From positions 1-38,243 of the forward strand of contig CAVXZB010000003.1 of the NCBI GenBank assembly GCA_963765895.1: a stretch of DNA of 38,243 nucleotides. The letters are read 5' to 3'. This DNA is from an uncultured Nitrososphaeraceae archaeon. Lineage in GTDB: Archaea; Thermoproteota; Nitrososphaeria; Nitrososphaerales; Nitrososphaeraceae. Numbering within the stretch: the stretch's first letter is position 1; each line of letters opens with the position of its first letter. Both the position numbers and the translations under genes were made by a program. Under the pieces are notes generated by a model that was given only the letters and a program-made list of their open reading frames with translations, was not told where the DNA came from and did no database searches. This document shows, in pieces, positions 11,848 through 23,106 of the stretch.

Positions 11848-12258
11848 TTACTTTGCAATAACTACTGTACACTTGGCGTTGTGAACAATCTTATAAGATG
11901 TACTTCCTAACAAAAATTCATTCACCTCGTGAGGCCCCCTACTTCCAATCACTATTGTATCCACTCCTTTAGTATCGGCCAACTGCAGGATGTTGGCGGC
12001 AGCACTAATTCCGCGAAGCTCTATTGTAGATACAGATGATAGACCAGACTTTTCAGCCCTTTGACGGTACGTTTCTAAAAGCTGTTTACCCTGACGTTCC
12101 AATTCTTTAGAAATTGAATATCCAACATTACCATATTCTTCAAGCACATTAACGATTAGCAAATTCGATTTGCATCTGGAAGCAAGGAAGATCGCATATT
12201 CGAAGGCCTTGTCTGCGTATTGAGAGCCATCAATTCCAACTAAAATCTTTGACAACAT
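11848..12258 (-). CDS. Universal stress protein
   Basis: KILVGIDGS...DTIVIGSRG...LLGSTSYKIVHNAKCTVVIAK. Confidence 0.93.
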   Translation of the reverse strand: MLSKILVGIDGSQYADKAFEYAIFLASRCKSNLLIVNVLEEYGNVGYSISKELERQGKQLLETYRQRAEKSGLSSVSTIELRGISAAANILQLADTKGVDTIVIGSRGPHEVNEFLLGSTSYKIVHNAKCTVVIAK

Positions 12259-12437
12259 TTGTAACCTATTTTTAGGAAATGCATTATATATGAATTAAAG
12301 TGGTGTACAAAACACTGCTTTGCAAATGAACTGCCAAAATAGATGATAGCATCAACTTTCCCATAGAATACGATTAAAACAACATTTTGTATGAAAAGAA
12401 TGAGAATAACTTTAGCAACATAAACAATATAGACACG

Positions 12438-13502
12438 ATGTTGTCTGCTACAATCCGCCAATATCAAAATCCTTTAGTGCTACAACAAACTCCAAAACCA
12501 ATGGTAATTCATGGGATAGATATTGGTTAAAGTCAGGACTACCTGATTGTGCCCTAGCGATCTTCATCTCATTAATGGAGATTGGAAGATGGATGAGCAT
12601 TCCACTTCAACTGCCAAAAATACCTGGACATGAAATTGCTGGTTGGATAGAAAAAATGATGGTTTTGTTCCAGAAGGATTGTTGCAGAAAGACGATATGG
12701 TTGCTGTATTCGGAGGCTAGGGGATGCGGGATATATACTCATTGTAAGAATGGAAATCAGCAATTATGCGATTCTGCGATATGGCCGGGTATCACAGTGG
12801 ATATGGTTTTTCCGAGTACATTTAGTAGATTCGTATCGATTCTTAATTAAAATCTGAGTTGAGGAAGGCAAATTAAACTATCTATAGAAGAATTAGCACA
12901 CATTGTCAACGCCGGACTTTCATCATATAGAGCGATCAAGAAAATTAGGCAAATGCTAGGCCCCAGGAAAGCTATAGCTATAATGGGAATCGGAAGTTTA
13001 GGATATTATGCAGTACAATATGCAAAAATATTGGGACAAACATCCAATATAATAGCTCTCGACAGACAAGATGAAAAACTTCAGCTTGCCCAAACCGCTG
13101 GCGCAGATTTCACTATTAATACATCAAAATGTGAAAAACAGAAGATAAAGGAGGAGGTTTTAAAGGTAACTAACGGAAGAGGTGTGGATATAGTCATAGA
13201 TTGTGTCGGGACCGAAAACACCGTCTATAATTCCATAAGATTACTTAATAAAGGTGGGACACTCGTGTTAGTCGGTCTTTTTGGGAATCAGGTTACTATT
13301 CCTCTTGTCCCCTTAGTTATTAATGAATATTCAATAACTAGCTCGCTATGGGGTAACTATAATGAATTACGAAGTAATTGATTTGGCTAAAAAGAAAATA
13401 ATAAAGCATAGCATACAGAAATTCCCTTTGAATAGGATAAATGAAGTCATCTCATTACTAAAAGAGGGAAAAATAGTTGGGAGAGCTATCATTATTCCAT
13501 GA
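12438..13502 (+). pseudogene. Zn-dependent alcohol dehydrogenase (MDR) pseudogene
   Basis: MLSATIRQYQNPL..., LCPSDLHLINGDW, PGHEIAG, GIGSLG, GRGVDIVIDCVG, SLWGNYNEL, KIVGRAIIIP*. Multiple frameshifts plus nonsense codons. Confidence 0.85.
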
Positions 13503-13535
13503 TCACTTATATGCGGGGGTAATTAAATCCTCTAT

Positions 13536-13733
13536 TTGGATGCAAATCACAAAATGACATCCCGGTTTATTGAGACAGAGATGGAATCATTACAAGCACA
13601 AATCGATCTTTTCAAACAAATGAGGCATCATCTATTATTCCAGATGAATAGATATAATCAACAAGGAAAGAGTGAACTTGCGAAAATGATCAGGGATTCA
13701 TTTTCAGATTCTTTATCTCCATACAATGACTAA
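13536..13733 (+). CDS. Small hypothetical coiled-coil protein
   Basis: 65-aa helical ORF filling the gap between the ADH and CBS genes; no recognisable motif. Confidence 0.3.
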   Translation: MDANHKMTSRFIETEMESLQAQIDLFKQMRHHLLFQMNRYNQQGKSELAKMIRDSFSDSLSPYND

Positions 13734-14623
13734 TTATCCGAGGCCAATCTCTTTACAATATCCGTCTTTGTTATTATACCCACAAGAATATTATCTGAAT
13801 CCACTACTGGAATACCGCTTATTCTATTTCTTATCATTATATGGGCAGATTCAGCTAAATCAGAATCACTTGTAATAGTTATCGGATCATACTTCATTAC
13901 ATCCATTGCTAAAAATATCGCTTTAATGCCAGATGGGATAAGAATCTGTTCTCTTCTGCGTGCTCCGACTGTCTCTGGTATGTCCCAATGGTGTCCATAT
14001 ATCTCGGTCCCAAATAACAAACTGACAGGTAACAAATCGCGTCCTGTGATGATGCCAACTGGTTTTCGATTTCTTATCACAACTATTCTGGATATTTTAT
14101 TGTCAGTCATTAGCATAATGGCCATATGTATAGGTTCATCCGGAGTCACTGTCAATACTTTTTTCGTCATATATTTTTCAACTAAATCTTCGACTAATTT
14201 CCTATGCCCATAATGCATTGCATATGAATCTACTAAATCACTCTTAGTCGCTATTCCGCAAATAAGGCCATCTTCACCAAGTACAAGTATCGAGCTAATC
14301 TGGTGTTCTAACATTAACTTGGCACAAGACTTCAAGTCCCACTCCTCTTTAACTGTTATAAGATTTTCGTTCATTACCTCGTCTAATCTGATCTCCTTGA
14401 ATTGTCTGTGTTGTGGTTCAGTGTATAGTATTCGCGAAATATCCTTTTCTGTAACTATCCCTAAAGCCTTATTATCCCTAGCAATTACAATCCTACTAAT
14501 ATTATATCTTAGCAAGGTATTGCGGGCGTCAAAGAGCGTGTTTTCTGGTTCAAGCGTAATTGCTTTGTTGCTTACCTCAGTTATCTTTAATCGAGTATAG
14601 TTCAATGCGTTTTGATTCAGCAT
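13730..14623 (-). CDS. Protein with four CBS domains (two Bateman modules)
   Basis: ISRIVI/GIVTEKD, ISSILV/GIATKSD, ISRIVV/GIITGRD and ISGIPV/GIITKTD. Confidence 0.93.
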   Translation of the reverse strand: MLNQNALNYTRLKITEVSNKAITLEPENTLFDARNTLLRYNISRIVIARDNKALGIVTEKDISRILYTEPQHRQFKEIRLDEVMNENLITVKEEWDLKSCAKLMLEHQISSILVLGEDGLICGIATKSDLVDSYAMHYGHRKLVEDLVEKYMTKKVLTVTPDEPIHMAIMLMTDNKISRIVVIRNRKPVGIITGRDLLPVSLLFGTEIYGHHWDIPETVGARRREQILIPSGIKAIFLAMDVMKYDPITITSDSDLAESAHIMIRNRISGIPVVDSDNILVGIITKTDIVKRLASDN

Positions 14624-14944
14624 CCCTTATATATGTACATTTGATCATCAGTTTTAAATATATATGAAGAATTTGTTTTCGCGGTAGTGCGGTGTACCAA
14701 TTATTCAAATCAATTCCCAGATCGCGATATTATCTTATTAATTATGACAATATCTAAATGCATTTATAATTTTTAGAGAAGACAAGTTATCAGTCAAGTT
14801 GATAATATCCTGTATTGCAAGATATTAGTTAAGATAGTGGTATTAAATTACCTAAATATTAATGATATATAATCAAATTAAACAGAAATCAAGTCCACAA
14901 GTACCAAAGAATATCGTACAGGAATTTCAATAAGTATTATTAAG

Positions 14945-15967
14945 ATGAGGACAAATGAGTATTTTTCACAGATGAAGATAATAGCAGGGCTTAGAACAGA
15001 AATGTGTATCCTCACAAAATATCGAAAATTTTTTGTCGAAGAAACACACATTTCATGGATATTTCTAACAGGATTATATGCATATAAAGTAAAAAAAAGT
15101 CTTAAATTTAATAAGATTCTAGACTTTCATCACTAGAACTTAGAAAGAAATCCTGTCGAAAAGAGGTCCAGTTAAATAGAATTCTCTGCGGTAATATGTA
15201 TAAAGGGATTGTGAAAATTGTCAGAAAAAAATAATGATAATACTCTAAGAATCACTGATCTGAACTATAAGGGCAAGCCTTTAGAATATGCTGTTAAAAT
15301 GAGAGATTCCAGAACGGTATCGTATTGATAATCTTTTGTTTATAAGAAAAGTTAACTTTAAAACTAGAGAGATTAGTAGAAATTCTGAATAGGTTTCATA
15401 TTCGTACAAAAACATCTAAAGAGATTCAACGATTCGGCCAACCAAAATTCATAAATGAGAACTAAACGAGAATTTTAATACAATTGCAAAACTTGCAAAG
15501 GTCGACTCGAAGTTGCAGAAAGTACTAATTTTTTTTGTCCAAAACAACAAAAGTTGTTTCTAGATAGGATTCATAAAGGCAAAATTCGTGATATACATCA
15601 TGGCGACTTGCATTTAAAAAATGTTTTCATTGTACAAAATAGGTTTTATCTATATGACAGAATTGAGTTTAATGATGCCTTAAGATACGCTGATATTGCA
15701 GAAGAGTTGCACATCTCTCCATGGATCTTGATCATCATAAAAGAACCAATTTTCAAAAATATTTTATTTCTCAGTACATAAAAAAAGAGCAATGATCTTA
15801 GCTTAGAAGAGCTACTCTACTTTTGGATGTGTTATAAAGTATGTGTTAGAGCCAAGGTTTCGCTGTTCCAGGCAAAAAATGAAACAGTCGAACAAAATAG
15901 AATTAGTCATATTAATGAAGCAAAAGACTTATTTGTACTTGCAAATTCCTACACTAAATTATTATAA
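14945..15967 (+). pseudogene. Rv2004c-like aminoglycoside-phosphotransferase-fold kinase, multiply frameshifted, no AAA domain seen
   Basis: EETHISWIFLTGLYAYKVKK, KEVQLNR, LEYAVKM, HGDLHLKNVF and DRIEFNDALRYAD. Confidence 0.8.
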
Positions 15968-16365
15968 GCAGCCAACTGAAACTGAAAAAATAGTTATACC
16001 TACCGAGAGAGGCCTTGATGTCCTAATAAATCTGGTCTTATAACAACCCCTTGGTTCCTCGTAGAATAGTTACTAACTATTAGGATAATATAATATACTC
16101 TTATATCCGTAATCTTTGCGTTATAAATTATTCGTCTCATTTATTCAAAGTCAGACTTGTGTTCTTCTGTAAATGCTTTCACATACTTTGTGTGTTTTTT
16201 AATTCAAAACCTAACAAATGCATTATACAACGTAAGTCTGTTATAGATATAGATGTATATGATCCTAAAATTAATGTGTCCGCTATCAATACTAACTTAA
16301 TGTATTGTTACGCATCATATAATTTTTGTTAGGTATTTGACTGGTAAGTCTTGTCTGTGGTTATC

Positions 16366-16629
16366 CTAGGAGCTATTGTTATGTGATTTTTCTATATTCC
16401 TTATAAGAATAATACCCCTATCTGTTGTGATGTAGATATGTTGTAATTCGTCATAGTGTAATAGTTCTTTATCTACAAGCTCTGCAAAACATCTTCTTAG
16501 CTGAGCATGTGATAGTGAGGGAAGTCTATCTGTTAATTCCCGCTTCGCAATTCCACTCTTAGATGCTTTAAGTATATCTAGAAGAATTCTCTCATTGCAA
16601 TTGGTCGTACTTGCTGTTACATCTTTCAT
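16366..16629 (-). CDS. Small winged-helix transcriptional regulator
   Basis: ILLDILKAS...LSHAQLRRCFAELVDKELL...YITTDRG is the archaeal wHTH pattern. Confidence 0.8.
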   Translation of the reverse strand: MKDVTASTTNCNERILLDILKASKSGIAKRELTDRLPSLSHAQLRRCFAELVDKELLHYDELQHIYITTDRGIILIRNIEKSHNNSS

Positions 16630-16686
16630 TTTAGTATTAACCTATCTTTATTACTACTATGAAATCTATAAACCAATTGTTTTCAA

Positions 16687-16700
16687 TGCGATATATTGCA
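16687..16700. promoter_or_regulatory. Degenerate TGCA box upstream of the wHTH gene
   Basis: TGCGATATATTGCA (TGCR-N6-TGCA), 14 nt upstream of minus-strand TTTATAGA (16672-16665). Confidence 0.5.
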
Positions 16701-16817
16701 TCATTATTTATGATAATTATTTATTATGGCCTATCCAGTAAATGGACTTAAGCTTATCAAAATAGTATGAACATGCCACGAGAAAAAAGCCATTGCCTGT
16801 CCTGTAGTGATGTCTTT

Positions 16818-17299
16818 TTATCTAACAATCATGACAGAACAGCGAGCATGCAGGACTACGCCATTTGCCACACTCCAGTCAAGAATCTTTTCAGTCCAGT
16901 TCTTCCTCTTGTTCCTATAACTATTAGATCTATATCCTTGCTTGTGGCGCAGTCAATAATAGACTCTATAATGGATTTTACATCAGTGAAAATCTCAGTT
17001 TTTGGATCTGCAATATTTTCCTTTCTTGTCATATCCCTCACTTCCTTGAACCAAGATCGCGCTTTCTCTTGTAGATCTTTGAAGTACTGATCTATCGTAT
17101 ATAGAGAGCTACTATATCCATATATGCTTCCAATAACGTGGATAGAAAATAGTTGGGCATTCTCGTCTTTTGCAAGTTTTACTGCATACTTAGCCGCATT
17201 TAGGGAACATTCTGAGCCATCTATTGGAATAAGTATCTTTCTTATCTGTATTTTGCAATTACTATCGCTATCTGTTGGTATTACATCTTCTACTACCAT
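16818..17299 (-). CDS. Universal stress protein with one frameshift near the 3' end
   Basis: KILIPIDGS, DLIVIGTRGRTGLKRF. Adding one base restores GSVANGVVLHARCSVMIVR* ending at 16818. Confidence 0.88.
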
Positions 17300-17496
17300 A
17301 TCGCTTTAATATTCTGAATATCATGATAAATCTATTGTATGTCCTTAATCCGGACAATATTTAGTATCGCCGTCAGTATATTATTATTATTATTATTACG
17401 ATGATGATGCGATATTCTACTTCTAATTTTGTGGTAATATTAATAATCAATGTTTTTTATGCGTATTGCAGATTAGAGCGATGTAAAATGTAATTA

Positions 17497-17510
17497 TGCA
17501 CTGTCATGCA
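17497..17510. promoter_or_regulatory. TGCA box upstream of a CBS gene, in the divergent usp/CBS region
   Basis: TGCACTGTCATGCA, then TAATATAT at 17527-17534 and ATG 17556. Confidence 0.55.
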
Positions 17511-17555
17511 CTAGAATCCAAAAATGTAATATATTGTTTGTTGTATTACTGGTTG

Positions 17556-18083
17556 ATGAGCTTAGAATCTATTCCAGTGTCAAGCATTATGACTAAGAAT
17601 GTAATAGTCCAAACGGAAGATCAGACCATCCAGGCAATTTCTAGAACTATGTTTGAAAATAATATCGGTAATGTATTAATAATAAGAAACAATACACCTG
17701 GTAACAATGGAAACCAATATAAAGTTACTGGTATTATAACAGAAAGAGATCTTGTTCGAATAATAGGCTCATTTGATCAGACCCTCTATCATACTCCGGT
17801 ACAACAGCTGATGAGTAAGCCTGTAATTAGCATAACACCCAGTGGTTCGCTTAAAGATGCGATAGAGACAATGCAGTTGAAAGATATAAGACGGCTTCCG
17901 ATAATTGAGCAAGATGGTAAACTAGTAGGAATAATCACAGCTAGGGATATATTCAAGATAATAATTAAGAATCAGGATACAATTTCGTCTTTTGTGAGTA
18001 GCCAAACACTTCCACATCCAAGTGAATTATATGAGAGATTCAGTCAATATTGGTCAGAAGATCTTTTGCATAAAAAGCTATAA
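17556..18083 (+). CDS. CBS-pair protein (paralogue of 10181..10738)
   Basis: IPVSSIMTKNV, GIITERD, MSKPVISI, IRRLPI and GIITARD. Start moved from 17496 to 17556 because the upstream codons overlap the promoter. Confidence 0.92.
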   Translation: MSLESIPVSSIMTKNVIVQTEDQTIQAISRTMFENNIGNVLIIRNNTPGNNGNQYKVTGIITERDLVRIIGSFDQTLYHTPVQQLMSKPVISITPSGSLKDAIETMQLKDIRRLPIIEQDGKLVGIITARDIFKIIIKNQDTISSFVSSQTLPHPSELYERFSQYWSEDLLHKKL

Positions 18084-18398
18084 TGCCACATGTTTTAACA
18101 CTCATCTCCCATTCTCCTAACTAATAAAGAGTAGAAAACGAAGCATATTCCTATTATCGTTCGTTTAGTTTTGCTCCTGGTCTATTTCTATTTCAACGAG
18201 AGTCAAAAATATGGTGTAAATTAATATCTCCAAAATTACTAGTAGCCTTTTTTTCCATCTACAAATATAGCATCTATATTTTCAAGGCGTCCGGGCTTAT
18301 CAGTCTTAATCACTATAATTTTCCTGGCCGTCATAAATGTATTAGAGGATAATTTGTTGAATCTTTTCTGCGGCTTATGAGCGATAATGAATCTACAT

Positions 18399-18842
18399 TT
18401 AGATGTAATATTCCAATATCTTTTCAATAGAATCTTTTTCATTATCGTTTGCATAGTCTTGATATCTTGTAAAGTCAAGTGGTGTGAGTATGCCAATTGG
18501 GTTGTTGTCAGAATTATTAGTAGCATTATGAACAACAAGCAAATGTCTTAGGTTGTATTGTAACATCATATCGGCAGCCTCTGATGGAGAGGAGTTAGAC
18601 TCGATGGTAATTATAGGAGAAGACATTATCTCCTTATTTGTCACAGTGCTAATACGTACGTCATTAATACACACCTTCCTCACCAGGTCCCGTTCAGTAA
18701 CTATGCCTTGCGGCTTGCCACTGGCATCAACTACTACCAAAGAGCTGACATTCTTGTCCTTCATCTTCTGAGCAGCTTCTTGAATAGAAGATAATTCCTC
18801 GATGGTTTCAAGTTTTTTCCTCATAATATCTGCGACTTTCAT
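18399..18842 (-). CDS. CBS-pair protein
   Basis: VSSLVV, GIVTERD, MSSPIITI, LRHLLV and GILTPLD. Confidence 0.92.
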   Translation of the reverse strand: MKVADIMRKKLETIEELSSIQEAAQKMKDKNVSSLVVVDASGKPQGIVTERDLVRKVCINDVRISTVTNKEIMSSPIITIESNSSPSEAADMMLQYNLRHLLVVHNATNNSDNNPIGILTPLDFTRYQDYANDNEKDSIEKILEYYI

Positions 18843-19070
18843 AGTACAGGTTAATATATTATCCAGCTTTAATTAAGTATCTGCTATCTTAGGATCTATT
18901 TTAGAACTCTGTACTGGATTCGGTCTGCTTCACGAATCCGCCTAGAACTCTACCAATTGGCATTTTATGACGACAATATATGTGATTAGATCTATTATTA
19001 GATAAATATCATTACTTAGTTGCATTACCTTGGGCTGTTGTACTTTGATGAGTTTTATCTTTTTTCATTG

Positions 19071-19511
19071 TTACTCAAGGCTTAAGAGTACTTCACCAGT
19101 CATTACAGATTGGCCCTTTACGACTTTAATTTCTTTAACCTTTTTTCCATTAACTGGGCATAGTAATCTATTCTCCATCTTCATTGCCTCTAAAACAAAT
19201 AGAACTTGTTCCTTTCTGACTTCAGCCCCTACGTTTACTAAGATTTTCGCTATCCTGCCGCCGATTGGAGCTTTTATTTCCTTAAATGAGGCATGGATCG
19301 GAGATTCCTTTGAGACTGTATAGACCATACCATTTATTATCATGATTGATGGCTCACCTTCTCCTACAAAATCTAAATGAAATGACTTATCATTTATTTC
19401 TAATTCATCTGGATTCAGCTGTTTTACTATCAATTCTTTATCATTATTTACTCTGACTTTGTCTCCCACGATTTCTATGTTATATTGAGTATCGTTAACT
19501 TTAATTTTCAT
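19071..19511 (-). CDS. accB: Biotin carboxyl carrier protein
   Basis: IKAPIGG and the LEAMKMEN biotinylation motif. 4-bp overlap with the biotin carboxylase stop. Confidence 0.93.
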   Translation of the reverse strand: MKIKVNDTQYNIEIVGDKVRVNNDKELIVKQLNPDELEINDKSFHLDFVGEGEPSIMIINGMVYTVSKESPIHASFKEIKAPIGGRIAKILVNVGAEVRKEQVLFVLEAMKMENRLLCPVNGKKVKEIKVVKGQSVMTGEVLLSLE

Positions 19512-21001
19512 TTAACCCACTTATTGATATTAAAATGGCTATTGAAGAGATCGATAGTATCAAACCTACTCAGTGCCCATGGATCGACAGCCATTTCTCG
19601 TATTTCCTTGTTCAAGAATTCAATCTTCTTTGGTAGTAGTGATATTAAGGCCGCTCCTATTTCTCCATCTTTTGATGAAAATGGCCTCAAGTTTTCTATA
19701 AATGATGTGTCATAGTTTCCGACAATGAACCTTGCATCATTTAATGCCGAGATATGAAAAGGGATGGTTGAGGGAATTCCGGTAATCCTAAATGACATAA
19801 GCGAGCTCTTCATTTTTTCTATTGCCTCTAAACGGGTATTTGCAAATGATATAATCTTCGCAATTAGTGAATCATAGAAAACAGGGATTGAATATCCAGA
19901 ATACATTGCTGTATCGACTCTAATGCCTTCAATTTCAGGTACTATGAATTTTGTGATGGTTCCAGAGGAAGGAACAAAACTCAAGGGATGTTCTGAATTT
20001 ATCCTACACTCTATTGCATGTCCTTTTGATTTTACATCTTCTTGCTTAATCGTTAGCCCATCACCCAATGCTACTCTCAGCTGCTCTTCAACTATATCTA
20101 CGCCTGTAACTGCCTCAGTTATAGGATGTTCAACTTGTATCCTTGCATTGACTTCCATGAAATAAAACTTATTATCTTTAAATAGGAATTCGACAGTACC
20201 CGCATTTGTATATCTCATTTCTTTTATTATTGCTATGGCTGTTTTAGTAATTCTATTCCTCATTTCTACAGTTAGTGCTGGAGAAGGTGTCTCTTCAATA
20301 AGTTTTTGATGGCGCCGTTGAACCGAGCACTCTCTTTCGCCTAGCTGAATTATTTTAGAATCATCTGCAAGTACTTGTACTTCTATGTGCCTTGGGTTTT
20401 CTATGTATTTTTCGATGTATATTCTATCTGAACCAAAACTTATCATCGCCTCGCTCTTGGAATCTGCAAACGCTTCCTTCAGCTCTTCAAATGATCTTAT
20501 AATTCTAAGGCCTCTTCCTCCTCCCCCCTGCACTGCCTTCAGGATTACAGGATAGCCAATTTCTTCTGCCAGATCTATAGCCATCATTTCATTAGATACT
20601 TCACCTCCGTCGACTATTGATGTGATTCGTGAAGCAACTTTTCTGGAACTGGCTTTATCCCCTGTAATACTCATCGCTTCGTACGATGGTCCTATGAAGG
20701 TTAACCTTTCTTTCTTGCAAAGCATTGCGAAGTAGGAGTTCTCGGAAAGAAATCCATACCCGGGATGTATTAGCTCGCAGCCAAGTACTTTAGCAGCCGC
20801 AATTATCTTGTCCATATTAAGATAGCTCTCAGATGGTGTAAATCCTCCTATGTCTACTGCTTTCTCACATTGTCTTATGTGAAGGGAGTCCTTGTCGGCA
20901 TTGGAATAGATGCCAAATGGTTTGATATCAAGTTTCTTGCAGGTCCTTGCTATTCTTATTGCAATTTCTCCTCTATTTGCTATTAGCACGTTTTTCGACA
21001 A
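19508..21001 (-). CDS. accC: Biotin carboxylase subunit of an acyl-CoA carboxylase (ORF extends to 21028)
   Basis: VLIANRGEIA, HPGYGFLSEN, GGGGRG, ERECSVQRRHQK, EVNARIQVEHP and YDSLIAK. Confidence 0.95.
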   Translation of the reverse strand: MSKNVLIANRGEIAIRIARTCKKLDIKPFGIYSNADKDSLHIRQCEKAVDIGGFTPSESYLNMDKIIAAAKVLGCELIHPGYGFLSENSYFAMLCKKERLTFIGPSYEAMSITGDKASSRKVASRITSIVDGGEVSNEMMAIDLAEEIGYPVILKAVQGGGGRGLRIIRSFEELKEAFADSKSEAMISFGSDRIYIEKYIENPRHIEVQVLADDSKIIQLGERECSVQRRHQKLIEETPSPALTVEMRNRITKTAIAIIKEMRYTNAGTVEFLFKDNKFYFMEVNARIQVEHPITEAVTGVDIVEEQLRVALGDGLTIKQEDVKSKGHAIECRINSEHPLSFVPSSGTITKFIVPEIEGIRVDTAMYSGYSIPVFYDSLIAKIISFANTRLEAIEKMKSSLMSFRITGIPSTIPFHISALNDARFIVGNYDTSFIENLRPFSSKDGEIGAALISLLPKKIEFLNKEIREMAVDPWALSRFDTIDLFNSHFNINKWVK

Positions 21002-21212
21002 TGAAGACAGGTCAAGATGAAAACACAAAAACTTTTGGTTTTGAATATACTTCTAATATTGTTTATGGAAATCTAATCAAACTTCACTTCCCAATCCTCG
21101 TATATTATATTATAATACACTCCATACGGCAAACTGCATCTGATCTTTAGAGTATTGTATTCATTTCAGTTGACTAATTAATTTTATAATCGTGACAAAT
21201 TGAGAAAATTGG

Positions 21213-22748
21213 CTAAACTGGGATATTGCCGTGTTTTCTCATGGGTTTTCCTTCTCTCTTTCTGTAAATACATCTAAGTCCAGTTATAAGCCTCTCTCTA
21301 GTTTCTCTAGGTTCTATGACTTCATTTATATAGCCTTTTGAAACTGCGATGTAAGGATTGGAGAATTTGTTCTTGTAATCTTGTACTAATTCCATTCTCT
21401 TCTTTTCTGGGTCTTTCGAATCCGATATTTCGTTCCTAAAGATAATATTAGAAGCGCCTTCTGGTCCCATGACTGCAATCTCTGCCGTGGGCCATGCAAA
21501 ATTGAAGTCTGCTCCTATGTGCTTACTATTCATAACATCGTATGCTCCACCATAAGCTTTTCTTGTTATGACTGTGAGTCTAGGCACTGTAGCTTCTGAG
21601 AAGGCGTAAAGGAGCTTCGCTCCGTGTCTAATAATCCCACCCCACTCCTGACTTGTTCCAGGGAGGAAGCCTGGCACATCCACTAGAGCAACTAGAGGTA
21701 TGTTAAAACAATCACAAAACCTTGTAAATCGTGTTGCCTTATCACAGCAATTAATGTCAAGAACTCCTGCCAATGATTCAGGGTTGTTAGCCACAATACC
21801 TACTGAATTGCCATCAAGTCTTGCGAAACCTACTATTATATTTCTTGCCCAATATTTTTGCACCTCAAGGAAATCTCCATTGTCAACAATTTTTCGGATA
21901 ATTGATCCCATATCATAAGATAGATTTGGGTTTGAAGGCAAAATCGAGTTAAGTTCATAGTCTTGTCTCTTGGGATCATCTGTTGGTGCTATGCGAGGGG
22001 GATTTTCTAAATTATTGGGTGGAATAAAAGAAAGAAGTGACCGTAGAATTCTAAAACATTCAAATTCATCATCAGCAAGGAAATGAGCAACTCCACTCTT
22101 TTCGTTATGGACCTGAGCTCCGCCAAGCTCTTCGAAACTTACATCCTCGTTGGTGACTTCCCTAACCACATCTGGGCCAGTAATAAACATGTATGCTGAC
22201 TTGTTCATTATTATAAAGTCTGTCAAAGCTGGAGAATATACTGCTCCTCCTGCACACGGACCCATTATAAGAGATATTTGAGGAACCACTCCTGAGGCTT
22301 TCACATTTCTATGAAAAATCTCTGCATAGCCGGCTAGACTAGTTACTCCTTCTTGAATACGAGCTCCTCCAGATTCATTTATACCAATCATTGGAGACCC
22401 TTGCTTCAATGCAAGGTCCATCACCTTCGCAACTTTAGAGGCAAATGCCCAGCCCAAAGATCCGCCTAATATTGTAAAGTCATGTGAAAAGGCAAACGCT
22501 ACCCTGCCATCAATCAATCCATGACCTGTTATCACGCCATCTCCAAGAAATTTTTTCTTCTCCATTCCAAAATCTGAGCATTCATGAGTCACAAATTGGT
22601 CAAGCTCTACGAAGGTTTGAGAATCAAATAAAGTAGTCATCCTTTCAAAAGATGTCATCTTTCCTTTCCTTCTGCGCTCTTCTTGCTTTTCCTTTCCACC
22701 TCCGAGAGAATGTTCATTCCTTTTATCATTAAGATCCTTGAAATCCAT
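21213..22748 (-). CDS. pccB: Acyl-CoA (propionyl/acetyl-CoA) carboxylase carboxyltransferase subunit
   Basis: GDGVITGHG, SGGARIQEG, GPCAGGAVYSPALTDF, DVPGFLPG, RKAYGGAY, AWPTAEIAVMG and KHGNIP. Confidence 0.95.
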   Translation of the reverse strand: MDFKDLNDKRNEHSLGGGKEKQEERRRKGKMTSFERMTTLFDSQTFVELDQFVTHECSDFGMEKKKFLGDGVITGHGLIDGRVAFAFSHDFTILGGSLGWAFASKVAKVMDLALKQGSPMIGINESGGARIQEGVTSLAGYAEIFHRNVKASGVVPQISLIMGPCAGGAVYSPALTDFIIMNKSAYMFITGPDVVREVTNEDVSFEELGGAQVHNEKSGVAHFLADDEFECFRILRSLLSFIPPNNLENPPRIAPTDDPKRQDYELNSILPSNPNLSYDMGSIIRKIVDNGDFLEVQKYWARNIIVGFARLDGNSVGIVANNPESLAGVLDINCCDKATRFTRFCDCFNIPLVALVDVPGFLPGTSQEWGGIIRHGAKLLYAFSEATVPRLTVITRKAYGGAYDVMNSKHIGADFNFAWPTAEIAVMGPEGASNIIFRNEISDSKDPEKKRMELVQDYKNKFSNPYIAVSKGYINEVIEPRETRERLITGLRCIYRKREGKPMRKHGNIPV

Positions 22749-23106
22749 GGCCTCAGATTAGTATAAAAGCAGGATTAAAAAACTTTAGTCCTCCCATATT
22801 ATAGGATTAGATAATGCTGGAGTGCAGTAACAACAATAGCCATGCAAGCCCGTTACTAACAGATGCATACGAAAGTGAATGATTGATCAATCTCAGTTGC
22901 AAGAAGACAGTGCTAAGGTGAGCTCTTAGCGCCAATACTTCACGAACTCAGTGGAAATGATGTCATCTAGGTCCATTCTAAATTGAGGTTCTAACTGTAG
23001 TCTAGAAATATCAGAAAAAAGAATTGGAATAGGATCCATTTGTTAGTTGACCAGATCTTCTATTGTTGTTGATTGTATATGTAGCAGCAAATTCTTGTTA
23101 TCCCAT

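Noticed and set aside
17381-17398. (TTA)6 tract as a phase-variation switch; likewise the (TCC)n tract near 27486
   Set aside because: Short triplet runs are common in this AT-rich DNA, and the second simply encodes poly-Glu. There is no evidence of function.
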